Shown here piece by piece: positions 36,359-49,809 of a stretch of DNA of 64,000 bases. The notes beneath the pieces are model-generated. The model worked only from the letters and a program-made list of their open reading frames with translations. It made no database searches and had not been told where the DNA came from. The translations under genes and the position numbers were made by a program. Every line of letters starts with the position of its first letter. Position 1 is the first letter of the stretch. Source of the stretch: Halocafeteria seosinensis. Taxonomy: Eukaryota. Location: the NCBI GenBank assembly GCA_001687465.1, contig LVLI01000185.1, positions 1-64,000 on the forward strand, read 5' to 3'.

Positions 36359-38173
36359 CTAATTTGAATCATGGTCCTTCGCCTCCGATACCTTAATGCA
36401 ACGAGTGGAAGAACGACCTAGCCGATGTCGTAAGTGCAGTAGGATAGATTGCTGCGACTTCATCATTTCTTCCATTGCATTGACTTGTTCTCTAAGGGCA
36501 TAGACATCCTCGCGGAACTCTGCAATGGCTACAACAGACTCGTTATACTCGTCTGTGGGATTCTCTGTCTTATTCTCTTTCTTCCCACGGAACCGTCGTT
36601 TCGCGTCGTCTTCGTAAACTTCACTGAATGCATTCCCCACAATACTGATAGGAAGAGCAAGAACGATCACCCCTGCATTTCGGAACTCAGGGAGAGTGGT
36701 ATTATCGTAAGCGGGAAACTGTGATTACCTCTCACACGTACCGACTAACATTAATGTTGCACCGACAATTCTTCCAAGGAGAGTGGTTGGCACAAGATCT
36801 CCATATCCTGTGCATTAAGGCAGGTACGTTCCGTGCAACAATCGACAAACACTAGTAGCAAAAAACACCCTTACCAACAGTAGTAGCAGTAGTTATAACC
36901 CACCAAATTGCTACGGGAATGTCAGTGAAAGGAGAAACCTCCTCGCTTGAACCATCAATTGTTGGCCTTGTCCACGCGTCTTCTTCTGTTGAAGCGTCAA
37001 TTCCAGTGATTATCGGTTACTTCTATTCTACGATGTCGCATTAAACTTACCTTTATCATATGTCCCAACTTCTGCAAAGTAGATTATTGTTCCAAAAAGC
37101 AAGCACCCAAATGCGAGATAAAACCCAAGAAGCAGTAGGGCGTCTTTACTCTTCATCAGTGTTTGCTTTAACAATTTGACACTCCTCAGGCCACGGGATA
37201 GACGCATTAGACGAATAATTCTCCCAAACCGTAGAACCCGCAGGACTACGAATCCTGTTTCATCCGATCCAATTAACAGTTCAATTAACGAAGGAACAAT
37301 AGCAATCAAATCAATGAGATTCATAGGATCTATCAAGAAAGCGACAAATCTCTTGTGCAGTGGTACTCTTCCGCTTCCCTCCTCATTGGTGGAGCAATCG
37401 TATTCCTCGACCGTACTTCTTCGTCTGCATTTATGGGTTCCTGTTACAACCATCGCGGTGACTAGGCGTAGAGTGTACTCGATGATAAATACCGACAAAC
37501 ACCCTATCTCCACATAGTCGTCTATGAAGAATCCACTAGCTTCCTCCTTCTTTCGTCTTATAGAAGGATACGAGCTCACGATTAAATTAACAATAGACAC
37601 TAGAATGAAAAAGAGGACAACGCAACTGACCACCCACCCCAACTGGGTTGAGGTATCGTTGAGCACGTGATGTAGGTTATGGAAGAACGACCCAGTTGTA
37701 GGATATGCTGGTAAGTTCCGAAGATACCCACAATGTCTCTTCTCGTCAATTTCTTCCTCTTCTTCGTCGCCTGGAACTAGTTCAGCTGTAGAATTGTCAA
37801 ATCCAACTGAGGCTGCGCTGTCGCGACCCTTCAATCTCAATGCTGATCGACGTGGTGAGGGGACTGTACTTGGATCTGCCTTACTGTCATTGGTCGTTTG
37901 CCACTTTGTTGATTTCTTTTCACCATTTATCTCCGGGTCTTTGGTCAGGAGAGAGAATCTTTGTTCCCGTGGAGACTCTGTATGGGTTATGAAGGCCATC
38001 TGGTTAGATGTCGTTTCCTCAATGTCTTTTTCTCGAATGTCCAATAATACGGCAGGACTTGAATTCCTCCGAACTGGAGGATCTGTAGAGCGGGCATCGG
38101 GACAAGGACGGGGACGATGATGTCTCAATAGATGCGCCCGAGAAGCTGTAATCCTTCCAGATATCTGTATCAT
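36359..38173 (-). CDS. Voltage-gated potassium channel (6TM, Kv-like)
   Basis: NLIDLIAIVP (S3), S4 VLRVLRFGRIIRLMRLSR, pore TTATTVG|YGDLVP split by an intron, S6 VLALPISIVGNAF and a C-terminal coiled coil. Confidence 0.95.
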
Positions 38174-38947
38174 GGCTGCCCTCCGGGGTGGAGCCCCAAC
38201 TTCTGAAGCTTTTCCTCCGTGCTTTACGAGCAAAATAAATACAGCAGAGCTTCCTCAACTGAGCAGCTGATACATATCATAGATTGACATCGTTTGGCAA
38301 AAAGTTTCCTTGTTTCTTGTACCACAGTGCCTAAAATACATGATAAACCAACGGCGGATGGGGCTCACTCCTCAACGAGCCCAGGCGGAGAATGCAACAA
38401 CGCCCAAAATAACCCCTCTACCTTGAGTACGAGGGAATGCCCACTGCCCACTGTACGGTCTCACAGTTACTCCTTTTTGAAATGTTTCAGTTACTACACA
38501 TTGAGCGAAAAAGCCACTAATACGGCCATATTGCTTGGAGCACCCGTTGTTGGGCGCCAAGTTGAACGGTCCGAGAATAACATGTCAATCTTTTCGCACA
38601 CTTTAGCCAAGACCATCAAGAAAACCTCAGTGTACGCGCTATTTATGAGCCTTTCCAAGGTAAACTAGTCGGTATAACCTCTACTGGGTGGTAGATGGAG
38701 AATTTTTCTTGTGGACAAGGTCAGAAAGAGTGAGGGAAAGTCTTTCATTGAGCCGAAAGAGAAGCTTAATTACACCGTATCCGCTGCTCGTCTCCCTCTT
38801 TGTTGTTACTTCATTCACCATTAGCTGCCATTGAGGGGCTCAGACGAAGTCTTATACCATTCGTGTTTTTTCTACATCAATCTGCATGTTTACGAATGAA
38901 ATAGTATCCTCGATTACGGACATATACAGCAATATAGCGGGAGGAGA

Positions 38948-40327
38948 ATGGCTACAGCCCCAACGCTCAATGCCGAGGGCTCCGATTTCCAAGAGTATGT
39001 GTACAAGACACGGTGATAATTGTTGAAAGACCTCCCTGAGATTCACCTCTATGGTGCTTGGATTTACTCGTTTGGACGCGCAGGATAAATCCAAGATTCA
39101 TTCAGGAGTTTAAGGAGAATCGAGAGGAAGCGGAGGGGTGTATTCAAGAAATCAAGTATGTCCGAAATATCCCTTTTTCCATGTTGTTGATACGGAGAAG
39201 CAAATACTATATGTGTTGGCTTGTATTTTGATTGTTTGCCACAGGAATGCCACGGCCCATATTGAGTCACAAAAGCAGGAGCTTCTCACAGCAGTGGACC
39301 CGGAGGTTATGGAACGTACGTTGCCCGTGCTTGTTGAGGTATACTCCTCGATTATTCACGAAGTCTTGTATTTCTTTTCAACAGGATGTAGTCAAAACGT
39401 TCAACAGCAAGTTCACATAGCTCAAGACGCCGCCTCGAGGGGCAAGGATCTCATTGAAAGGATGCGAGAAAAGGGTCACCAATTGAAGAATGCTTCACCT
39501 AATGGGGAATCTTCCGAATGGAAGCTACAGCGCAGCCAATATATGCATGTTTATCAAGCCTATATGGGTGCCATAAGTCAGCATCAGATAGCTAAAACAA
39601 ACTTTAAGGAAATCTCAGCAGATAGATTGGTACAGCGTGCACGTGTAGTGTTCCCAGATAAGAGCGAGGATGAACTACGGCGGGTACGTTATCGTCTCAA
39701 ACTCGGTTTCGCTATGGCCTCCGTGCACATCCATTTAGTTTCCTCTGCAGCAAATTGAAGAGGATCCACAGGCTGCTCAGCGACAGCTTGAAGAACCCGA
39801 GATGGTAGCGAACTACAAGGTGCAAGCGGTATACGATGAAGTAATGTCGAGATCGAAAGTAAGTTCATGTGACACCGTGCATGTATGATGCGCAAGAACG
39901 CGTTATCCCAATTTGATGCAGGATGTTGGGGCGTTGGTACAATCGCTTAAAGAAGTAAAGGAGATGATGAACGACTTGGCACTGATGGTTCAACAGCAAC
40001 ACGAAGTATTGGGGAGGATCGACGCTAACGTTGAAGTTGCTAAAACACATGTAAAGAAAGGGAACGAACAGGTCGAAAAAGCCATAAATTACCAGAGAAA
40101 AGCTAGGTAAGGCCTGGAACTGTTGTGACGTTTGCCGAAGCGCACGTATGCTTGAAAAGTGCCTTTAATTGTTTCCAGGAAACGAATGTGTTGCATGGCA
40201 ATCACTGTCGTAATAATCATTCTATTAGTTATTGTCATTGGAATTCCCGTTCGTAAGTAGCTGTGCGAAGGAACCTTCTGTGCACCATGTTTTTATTGTG
40301 ATAATTCCATGTGTTACAGTAACATAA
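38948..40327 (+). CDS. Plasma-membrane-type syntaxin (Qa-SNARE), multi-exon
   Basis: Habc-like helices, SNARE motif LVQSLKEVKEMMNDLALMVQQQHEVLGRIDANV...AINYQRKAR and C-terminal TM (CCMAITVVIIILLVIVIGIPV). The start codon is tentative. Confidence 0.9.
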
Positions 40328-40358
40328 GCTAAGTGCGTTCACCGAGGAAGCAGTACGC

Positions 40359-42513
40359 TCACGCCTTAGGCATCTTAATATATACGCTAGCTAGTGGAAT
40401 AAATGCTTGCATGTTGGCTTTCGTGCTCCGAGAAACCAAATAGAGCCTCACGTCACTAGGGTTATGGTTTGTGGGATGATCCATCCTTCGTATAGGCACC
40501 TCACATATATATTCCGATTCCTGGTGGGACAATGCAATAAACTAAGAGTATCGGGATGAGTGGGTTTCGATTCTGGACTTACGGGTAATACCATTCCTGT
40601 TTTAGCTAGCGGATGGTCACAATGATAGTCCGAAGAATCGTATTCCACCACTATGGCTGTACCAGGCACGCTTGTTGAACCAACATTCTGAATTCGAATA
40701 CGAAGCAGAAAGGACGGGTCCATCCCTAGCACTTCGGGCGACATCTTCAGTATCTTCGCTCCATGAGACTGTACCGCCATGTTTGCTGTTCCTGTTGACA
40801 TAATTTTGACGTATTCCCTGGCTGCCTCCAGTTTTATTTTACTGAGATCTCGCTGGAACAAATAGTGCATGGTGTCACAACTCTCGCACTCTCTGCTTAT
40901 CCACTCGATGTACATCTTAGTCTTCTTCGGCAACTGTAGTTTCGGGCAATCGTTCGCATCCGAGCCTTCCCTCGAAGCTATTTGTTGCAACTGCGGCACA
41001 GCCGCCCTGCGAAGCAGCTTGACATATATAGCTCCGCTCTTCGTACTCATTACTAACGCATTTTTCTCTCTTCCTACTCGACCAAGTACAATTCCGACAA
41101 CAGAGTCACTTAAGCTAAGAGTTGTAAGACGATTCGTCCCGTAGAAGATGTGCACCTCGGAAGCCGTCGTTGATACTGCCCATAACGGATCTGTAGGTTG
41201 ACCAGCTTTGAGCATGGCGGAACAAGTCAATGGGTATGCAGAAAGGACTGTATGCCACATGACTTTTCCTCTAAACGAATGCATGAACACTCTGCTGTCA
41301 GCAGTCGTGGTCAGTAATGTTCTGTTAGAGAGCGTCAACGAAATTATGGCGGAATCGTGCTCCACAATTTTCCCAACAAGAGCGCCGTTCTGCTAGGGTC
41401 AACAATTACTGGTATTTTAGGATATAACTCAGACAGAGGTATTATCGCGAAAACATACTTTAATGCTGTAAACCTTAGCGTCGCGGCAGGCTGCGAAAAC
41501 TCTTAAAGTTGTGTCTTCATCGTAAGCGCCTGTAACTGCCACAGGAGTAGAAGGCAACTGGATCGTTGCATCAACGTGAGAGGCCGCAGGATTAAGCACA
41601 AAAACTTGTCCAGCTTCACTCCCAAGGACGAGATTTGTAAATTCAGCACCGAGGCTACTATGGACTGCTCTCCCCATGCACGTTATAACTGTGGCGACTC
41701 GCCCCTGCAACATCTGAGGGTTGTGTTTTTCAATCCATTGCTTCTGCTCAGTAATGCTGTTCATGCTCAATAAAGCATTACTATAGTAAGTCTGAATTTT
41801 TCCTTCTTCTCTGAAATCGTAGTAGATCAAACCAGTTTCACCTGAATAACCGAAACGCCGTACTACCTCCTACGAACCTTGCGTGGATTAGCTCAATTAA
41901 CATCTCCGACAAGTTGAGTTTACCTGAAATGTAGTTGTTCCATATCAGCGTTTCCTGGTTAGAAATTGGGCACTGGAGAAAGCAAATTTGCACAGAAATC
42001 GGAATTTACAGGCAAGATATACTATATGCTGTGGAAGCTCGGACTCACTTGCGGTAACGCAAACTTATAGTAAGGCCTCAGATTCCTATAGATGAACACA
42101 TTGTTGCCACATGCCACCGCAACTTTTAATTGCCCATTTTCATACTTTTCTGTTTCAATTCGTAGGGATAGCACGAAAGCCAACATAACATTATCTGGCA
42201 AGGAAGTTGTTTAATGCTTAATACTGGATCTCACCTTGAATAACTTCGAGTGCTACTGGGACATCCAGTAGTGTGTGAGTGCTTTTCAATTGACCATCAC
42301 GGAAAACTCGCAATTTCTTGTCTGGACAAGCGGCAAGTATGGAATGGTTCCCATCACGTAGAAGATCCGCACTGCTTAGGCACCTGCGATAGCAAGCTTA
42401 ACGTGTTGAACCGGGCGTAGAGATCAAGTGTCGTATTAATTAACGCACGCGGTGTTCACGCGGGCATTTGCCAACGGGTCATACAGAGCGTCAAGCCAAA
42501 TATCTGCAAACAT
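40359..42513 (-). CDS. BBS1: Bardet-Biedl syndrome 1 protein (BBSome)
   Basis: IWLDALYDPLAN, ADLLRDG, VFIYRNLRPYYKFALP, LVLGSEAGQVFVL, GRVGREKNALV and LPKKTKMYIEWISRE. Confidence 0.93.
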
Positions 42514-42765
42514 GAGAGCACGAAAGCTTCAGCAAATGCAGACTGTATCGGTTAATTATGGAAGCAGGACTATTACCGTGGTTAGACATTGGCTCAGGAG
42601 GGTCGTCGGGTTTCTCCTCTATTTGAACCTTAGCTTTGTTCAACGCCATCATGGCCCTCTATTCGACTAGTACGTTTACCGACAGTATTACCCATCTAAA
42701 TGAAGTTTTGGTTATATTTGCGAGTAAGTGAAAACAAACAAACAAAACATAGGGCTGAATCTACC

Positions 42766-45510
42766 TCATGGAAGAGGTGCAGTGTTGCCGCTTCGCACGG
42801 ACCCTGACTCGCTAGAGTCATCGTCATCCCTCGGAGAAATGGCATCATCTAGCGATCGATAAAGCGGCTCAGTGTTCAACACTGGAGTACCACTCCTATT
42901 CCCCTCACTCTCGTCCTGCTTCGCCTCCAACGCACCAGATGCAACATCCGATGCGAGGTCCATTAAACTGTCACATGCCATTTGAGTCCCAGGCCCGATA
43001 TCAGGGTAAGCCAGCGGAGTGGACTCCCTATAAGCGAGCTCTATTTCTGAGGAGCTTGCTACATGTATTTCCCTTTTGTTCCAAGGCATTAATTCACTAT
43101 CTCTGTCATCATATTGCACCTCAATCCAAGCAGTCGGCTTCAATACGTTATCGAGAACCTGCTCTAAAGCGTCCACAACGGATTCCGGATCCTTCCTCGA
43201 CTCTCCTTTGGGAAACTTGAAGGCTTTTCTAGAAATGTCGATTGATTTGATGTAGCCTGAAAACCATTCGGTAAGTAGTTTCCAATATACTTTTACTCGT
43301 CGACCTTTAAGTGCACGATCGAATAAACACTGTACAGTGTCTATGAATTCTTGGGCATGTCCAGATTGCATATGAGAGATTATATCATTGATTAACATAT
43401 CTTCCTTTAAATGGACAAATGCGAATCTCATAGCGTCATCATGCCATTCACCACGAAGGTCATCCTCAACCGCATGGTGCCGTCTTTTATTCTTTCTATA
43501 ATGAGAGCAAGATCCGTATGCAAACGCATTTCGTGAAGCGAGGACATCACTGACACTCTTATCGTGTGCTGTTTCGGTGTTTGGTTTCCCTAACCTGCTA
43601 GGTGGTTTTGATGGAGTACTGGTCCGCATCCTTTTGACAGTCCGAAATTGACCATTATCTGAGATTTCAGTTCGGGAGTCGACTGGGTGTGGAGCCGACT
43701 CATCCGTGGATACGTGACTGCGATGGTATAGATTCCCTTCGTTGACTTCTTCTGAGAGTATACTGGATGCGGCAGCAGGCTGAGAGCTCGATACGTGAGA
43801 ACGCCTCCGCACAGTATGAGAGGTATCGCATATTGAGTGAGAAGATGAGCGAGGCTTAGCAAAAAGGGCTGTCGCTTTATTTAGATTTCCGCGCTTCCGC
43901 CTCGTAGCGCTTCCTTCCGATGATGAGATAGTGGCTGTGTTGGTAGTTTCGGCAATGCTAAACTTGACATGCAAATCCTTGGCTTCTTCACGGCGAGACT
44001 TTCTATTCTCATTGAGCTCTTCAAACAAAAGGCCAACGGGACGTGGGGTTTGTGTAAGTTCTGTGTGTTGAGATGATTGATCATCTTCTGTCTCGGTTAC
44101 GGTCGCACTGGAAGTCGAGGGTGTCACAGAAGCGGTCTGGAGGGTTGACGGTTGGATAGACCTGCTGCACTCCAAAGCCGTAGACAACTGCTTCCTGGCA
44201 CGGGAACTTGCAATAGTCGATGGAACTTCGTTTGCTTTTTCGGCAGAAGTAACAGAAGTGGTACCACTAGAGGGTACATCCAAAACAACTTCGTGCTCCT
44301 GAACAGAAAATGAGCTAGGTCGGTCTTCAGTATCACTGCCCATACTCCTAGAGAGGTCCACAACATCCACAGGTGCGTCGCTGTGGGGTTGATCGTCGGT
44401 GGAGTGAGCCTCCTGTACTGTGTCACATTTCCCTGCGTTTCGTTCTTCTTCGGTAGGGCGTTGTGCGTGCAATTTTCGCAGTCCCTCGGAGCTTTTTTGG
44501 CGTAGCAATGTCAATACCTTTTGATCCGTCTCGTCCAAGAGACGCCCCCAGGAACTATGATTCTCACTGGCATAATGCCCTTGGGGCGCTTCATCATCGA
44601 TGGTGGTATCTGGTTTCCGCTCCTTCAAGTTCCACGCACGGGCAGTGTTATCTGAGATATGCGAAGCTGCATCACATGATGGTGTGTCAGACGATACGGA
44701 ATTCCAGCCACGAGTGCTTGACGGCGACTCTGTCTCTACGGAGTTTCTTCTTTTATTTGAGGAGGTATCAAACCAGTAGCTCCCCGGGAAGGGTTCATGC
44801 CTGGTACTTGTCTTTTCGGAGTGATCGGAATCTATTGAAGAAGCCATTCCACTTCTATTTGCGGTCGTTGACCTCCCGGACTGCATATCTTCAGTCACTT
44901 TGGACGAGGCTCTTGTGGTAGTTTTATTCATCCTTTCTTGTTGCGATTTGGGTGACTCTTGTCCCAAACTCTTTGTTGACGATATGAGGTTATCGTGCCG
45001 ACTCCCTCCGGCGTCGGATCCAATGTATAATGCATGATCAGGGCTGTCCTCAGCAGGAGAAAACTGTAGCCCTTCACTATTCGCTTGGCCACCGTTTGCA
45101 TAAAACGGCACCGTCTCGTCTGTGCCGCACGACGACGCATGAGCAGCTGCAGTTCGAGGATGCTGCACCTCCGTTGTAGTTCCTCGTCCAGCGACAGCGC
45201 GTCTGCGGTCCGGCGGCGAAGAAGCAACTACAGTGTTATTATGTGTTGTGGCCGTTTCCTGTTCAGCCCCAGAACTATTGTCTCCATTTCCGGCGGCGGG
45301 CGCTGCTGTCTCCCTAGTCGTGCGAGTCTCCAAGGCTGTTGCACCCGCATGTGCTGTCGGGTGCCGCTCTTCAGCCTCCTCCTCCTCGTCGTCTTCATCG
45401 CCGTGTACGTCTACTTCTCTCTGCGTCGTGTTTTGAGTAGCCGAAATGGGAAGTTGGGACGAATGAATGCTGTAGTTATCATCATCCTCAGGAAAAATGA
45501 TGTAGTCCAT
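42766..45510 (-). CDS. Ser/Thr-rich disordered protein with C-terminal Tudor-like domain
   Basis: 914-codon uninterrupted ORF. KGRRVKVYWKLLTEWFSGYIKS...IEVQYDDRDSE resembles the MSH6/PDS5-type Tudor consensus. Confidence 0.7.
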   Translation of the reverse strand: MDYIIFPEDDDNYSIHSSQLPISATQNTTQREVDVHGDEDDEEEEAEERHPTAHAGATALETRTTRETAAPAAGNGDNSSGAEQETATTHNNTVVASSPPDRRRAVAGRGTTTEVQHPRTAAAHASSCGTDETVPFYANGGQANSEGLQFSPAEDSPDHALYIGSDAGGSRHDNLISSTKSLGQESPKSQQERMNKTTTRASSKVTEDMQSGRSTTANRSGMASSIDSDHSEKTSTRHEPFPGSYWFDTSSNKRRNSVETESPSSTRGWNSVSSDTPSCDAASHISDNTARAWNLKERKPDTTIDDEAPQGHYASENHSSWGRLLDETDQKVLTLLRQKSSEGLRKLHAQRPTEEERNAGKCDTVQEAHSTDDQPHSDAPVDVVDLSRSMGSDTEDRPSSFSVQEHEVVLDVPSSGTTSVTSAEKANEVPSTIASSRARKQLSTALECSRSIQPSTLQTASVTPSTSSATVTETEDDQSSQHTELTQTPRPVGLLFEELNENRKSRREEAKDLHVKFSIAETTNTATISSSEGSATRRKRGNLNKATALFAKPRSSSHSICDTSHTVRRRSHVSSSQPAAASSILSEEVNEGNLYHRSHVSTDESAPHPVDSRTEISDNGQFRTVKRMRTSTPSKPPSRLGKPNTETAHDKSVSDVLASRNAFAYGSCSHYRKNKRRHHAVEDDLRGEWHDDAMRFAFVHLKEDMLINDIISHMQSGHAQEFIDTVQCLFDRALKGRRVKVYWKLLTEWFSGYIKSIDISRKAFKFPKGESRKDPESVVDALEQVLDNVLKPTAWIEVQYDDRDSELMPWNKREIHVASSSEIELAYRESTPLAYPDIGPGTQMACDSLMDLASDVASGALEAKQDESEGNRSGTPVLNTEPLYRSLDDAISPRDDDDSSESGSVRSGNTAPLP

Positions 45511-45785
45511 TTTACCATCAACTCCCCCTTGAACGTCTCAACAGGTCACATAAGCATCACACAGGAGCCATGAAGTTTACCTATATCAACTCTTCGGACG
45601 CAATGCGCCTTGATATTGGCCGAATGTGCAATGGCTCTTTGTGAAGGTCAACATCGTGACGCTCACGACACGAGGAGCAGATGAAAACAATGAAATATGT
45701 TAAAGAGTCACTGGAAAGAAGGAGTACAAATCTAGTCTTAATCAATGAGGATGGAAATGACGTATTCCAAGGCATACGCAGTTGT

Positions 45786-47706
45786 TTATTTATTAGTTTG
45801 GTGCTTAGCCATCCTTTGAACGGAAGACAACAAAGTCGGATCCGCCAGGTACTCCATTATGTTTTCGCTCTTCGCTACCTTATACCTCGGTTGTACCCCA
45901 GTTTTATCACGGATTCCACGATCTTCCTGATGTGTTTTTGACCTGAGTCTAGTCACACCTCCATCACGTGAGGAAGAGGACGTGCTCTTCCGTGCAAGCT
46001 CCTCCCGACGCTTACTTGGTAGTCGCCGTTTACGGAGCAGCGCAGGTTTGCCTGCTTCATACGCTTTCCTCCGTTTTTCATTGCTCCGTGGCATATAATC
46101 TTCTTTGTGGGAGCTCAATCCGATGAGTTGCAAATTATTTTCTGAAGCAGCCTCGATTGCGCTGGCAAGTACTTCGTCGCGTTTCGTAACTAAGGACGTA
46201 GCTATTCCTGGGGTCCCAGCACGGGACGTTCGACCACAACGATGCAAGTATTCCACCGCATTTAAAGGAAAGTCAAACATAATGACATGAACCGCGCCTG
46301 CAATGTCTAAACCACGAGCGGCGGCATCCGTGCAGACGAGTGTGCGTTTTTGCCCCTTCTTAAATTTTTGAAATTGGGAGGTTCGTAACTGACCAGGCAT
46401 GTCTTTGTGAAGGCAAACGTTATCCACTCCATTTTCTTGAAGAAAGTGGCCAGTTGATCTGACACTCTGGGTCGTGTTACAGAAGACAATCTTGCGAGGC
46501 AGAAGTTCCTCTACGTCGCTCGAAGGAAGCGACCTCCTAGCATCTTTCCTGAACGTTTCATCAGTCACTCTTATTGCGTCTAAGAGGGCCTGATACTTCC
46601 ATTCGCCTCCTTTCGGAACTCGTATAAAATGGTGTGTTAACTGTGAGGGTTTCTTATGAGTGCTCTCGTCCACGATTTCCATTGCTTTCTGCATCGCTAA
46701 CAATAGGAGGGCGGTAGGATTGAACAAAAATATTGTGGACTAAGCAGGAGCTGAACTACGTACGGGAAAAGTCCTATGTATACTGTGTTGGGCGTTCCTG
46801 TCGGTCGTTGCAGCACACAACACCACCTGAAGCTGGTTCTCCTTGCTCGCGGAGTACAGTAGACGATCAACATCTTCCCTAAACCCGTTGTTGGGATGCA
46901 ATAGTGTATCTGCCTCATCAATGACAATGTACTGAGTGTCATTCAAACCTATCACCTTATCGTCCAACAGTTTCCTTAATTTCCCGGGGGTAGAAAAAAG
47001 CATATCCATGGGCTTGTCTATATGATGTCTACTCGTCTTCTTGGATGCTCCTCCAACTGCATCCGAAGAACTGAACTTCGCAAAGTGAGTAAAACATTTC
47101 GTCACTTGCTGCATATTCGAGAAGACTGTGCGACAGAGAGCAATACAATGCTGCAAACGGCGATCACGTACTGCCAGTTGCTCGACTAGTTCACGCGTAG
47201 GAGCCAGAACTACCGCCCTTGGTCGACCCTTTCGAGGGACAATCATCTGCTCCATTTCATCTCGTTTCAGCAATTCAATTATAGGAAGTATATAAGCCAA
47301 ACTCTTGCCACTTCCTGCAATGCCCATCAAACCCGGTGCTTGCGCCAACCAATAATACTGTACAGAGCGCTCTTACCTGTGCCTGACTTGATCATTATTT
47401 CCCTCCTCCGAGACAAGATTGCCGGAATGGCTTGAGTCTGTGTTATTCAGTAATATCCTCCTTTGAAGCGATACACCTGGTATTTGGGGTTTTCCTGCTT
47501 ACCTGTATTGATGTGGGTTCCTCTATTTGGCATTTCGCTTGTAATCCATGCTCCAGCTCACTACGCAGTCCCAGGTCCGTAAACATTGCCATACGATATA
47601 TCCTGGACACCGAAATCCACCGAACACTTCCTGCAAAGCTCGGCGACCCAGTTCCCGGTGTCCCATGTATCGGCAGTGTTGTTGCGAGTCTTGTCCATTT
47701 CAGCAT
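45786..47706 (-). CDS. DEAD-box RNA helicase, probably organellar
   Basis: Q motif (FTDLGL...PTSIQ), GSGKS, LAPTREL, STPGKL, DEAD, AAT, DAAARGLD and YLHRCGRTSRAG; transit-peptide-like N-terminus. Confidence 0.93.
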
Positions 47707-48194
47707 TCTCTCCTTGTTCCACTTGGAAAAAGTTCAGAGAAAAGAACAAGGTAATTTACCAGACCATGCCTCTCCTGCATTCCCTTTTCCAAGGAGAAAT
47801 CCATTAGAATTACAATACTGCAGCACGTACCCATTGTATTACAACCATAAGAATTGTGAATTTGATAGTGAAGCATTTGAACTTTTGCCGCGAAGATGCC
47901 CACACAATGTCCAAACTGGGGTGGAGTTTATAGCGGACCAAGGCTAAGAAATCCCTGTCTGTATACCATTGAAATACTCTCGGTTTTTTACGCGGCAGAA
48001 GACTCTGAGAAGAGGTTGAACTTGATCCAAACAACTCCAAGAGGCGCGCGGCGGAATTACTTGTGGAACAAACTTGAGTTGTAATTCAGTTTCCAACAGC
48101 TAAAAGTGCATGCATAAAAGGTTGCTTCTTGTCCCATTCATTGCATATTTTCTTAAGTTAATTCAGGAGGTGGATAGAAAACATACCCTGTAAA

Positions 48195-49771
<1,577 letters not shown>

Positions 49772-49809
49772 TAGCAACCGATCAGTTTACACTGGACTAA
49801 TACATTCAT

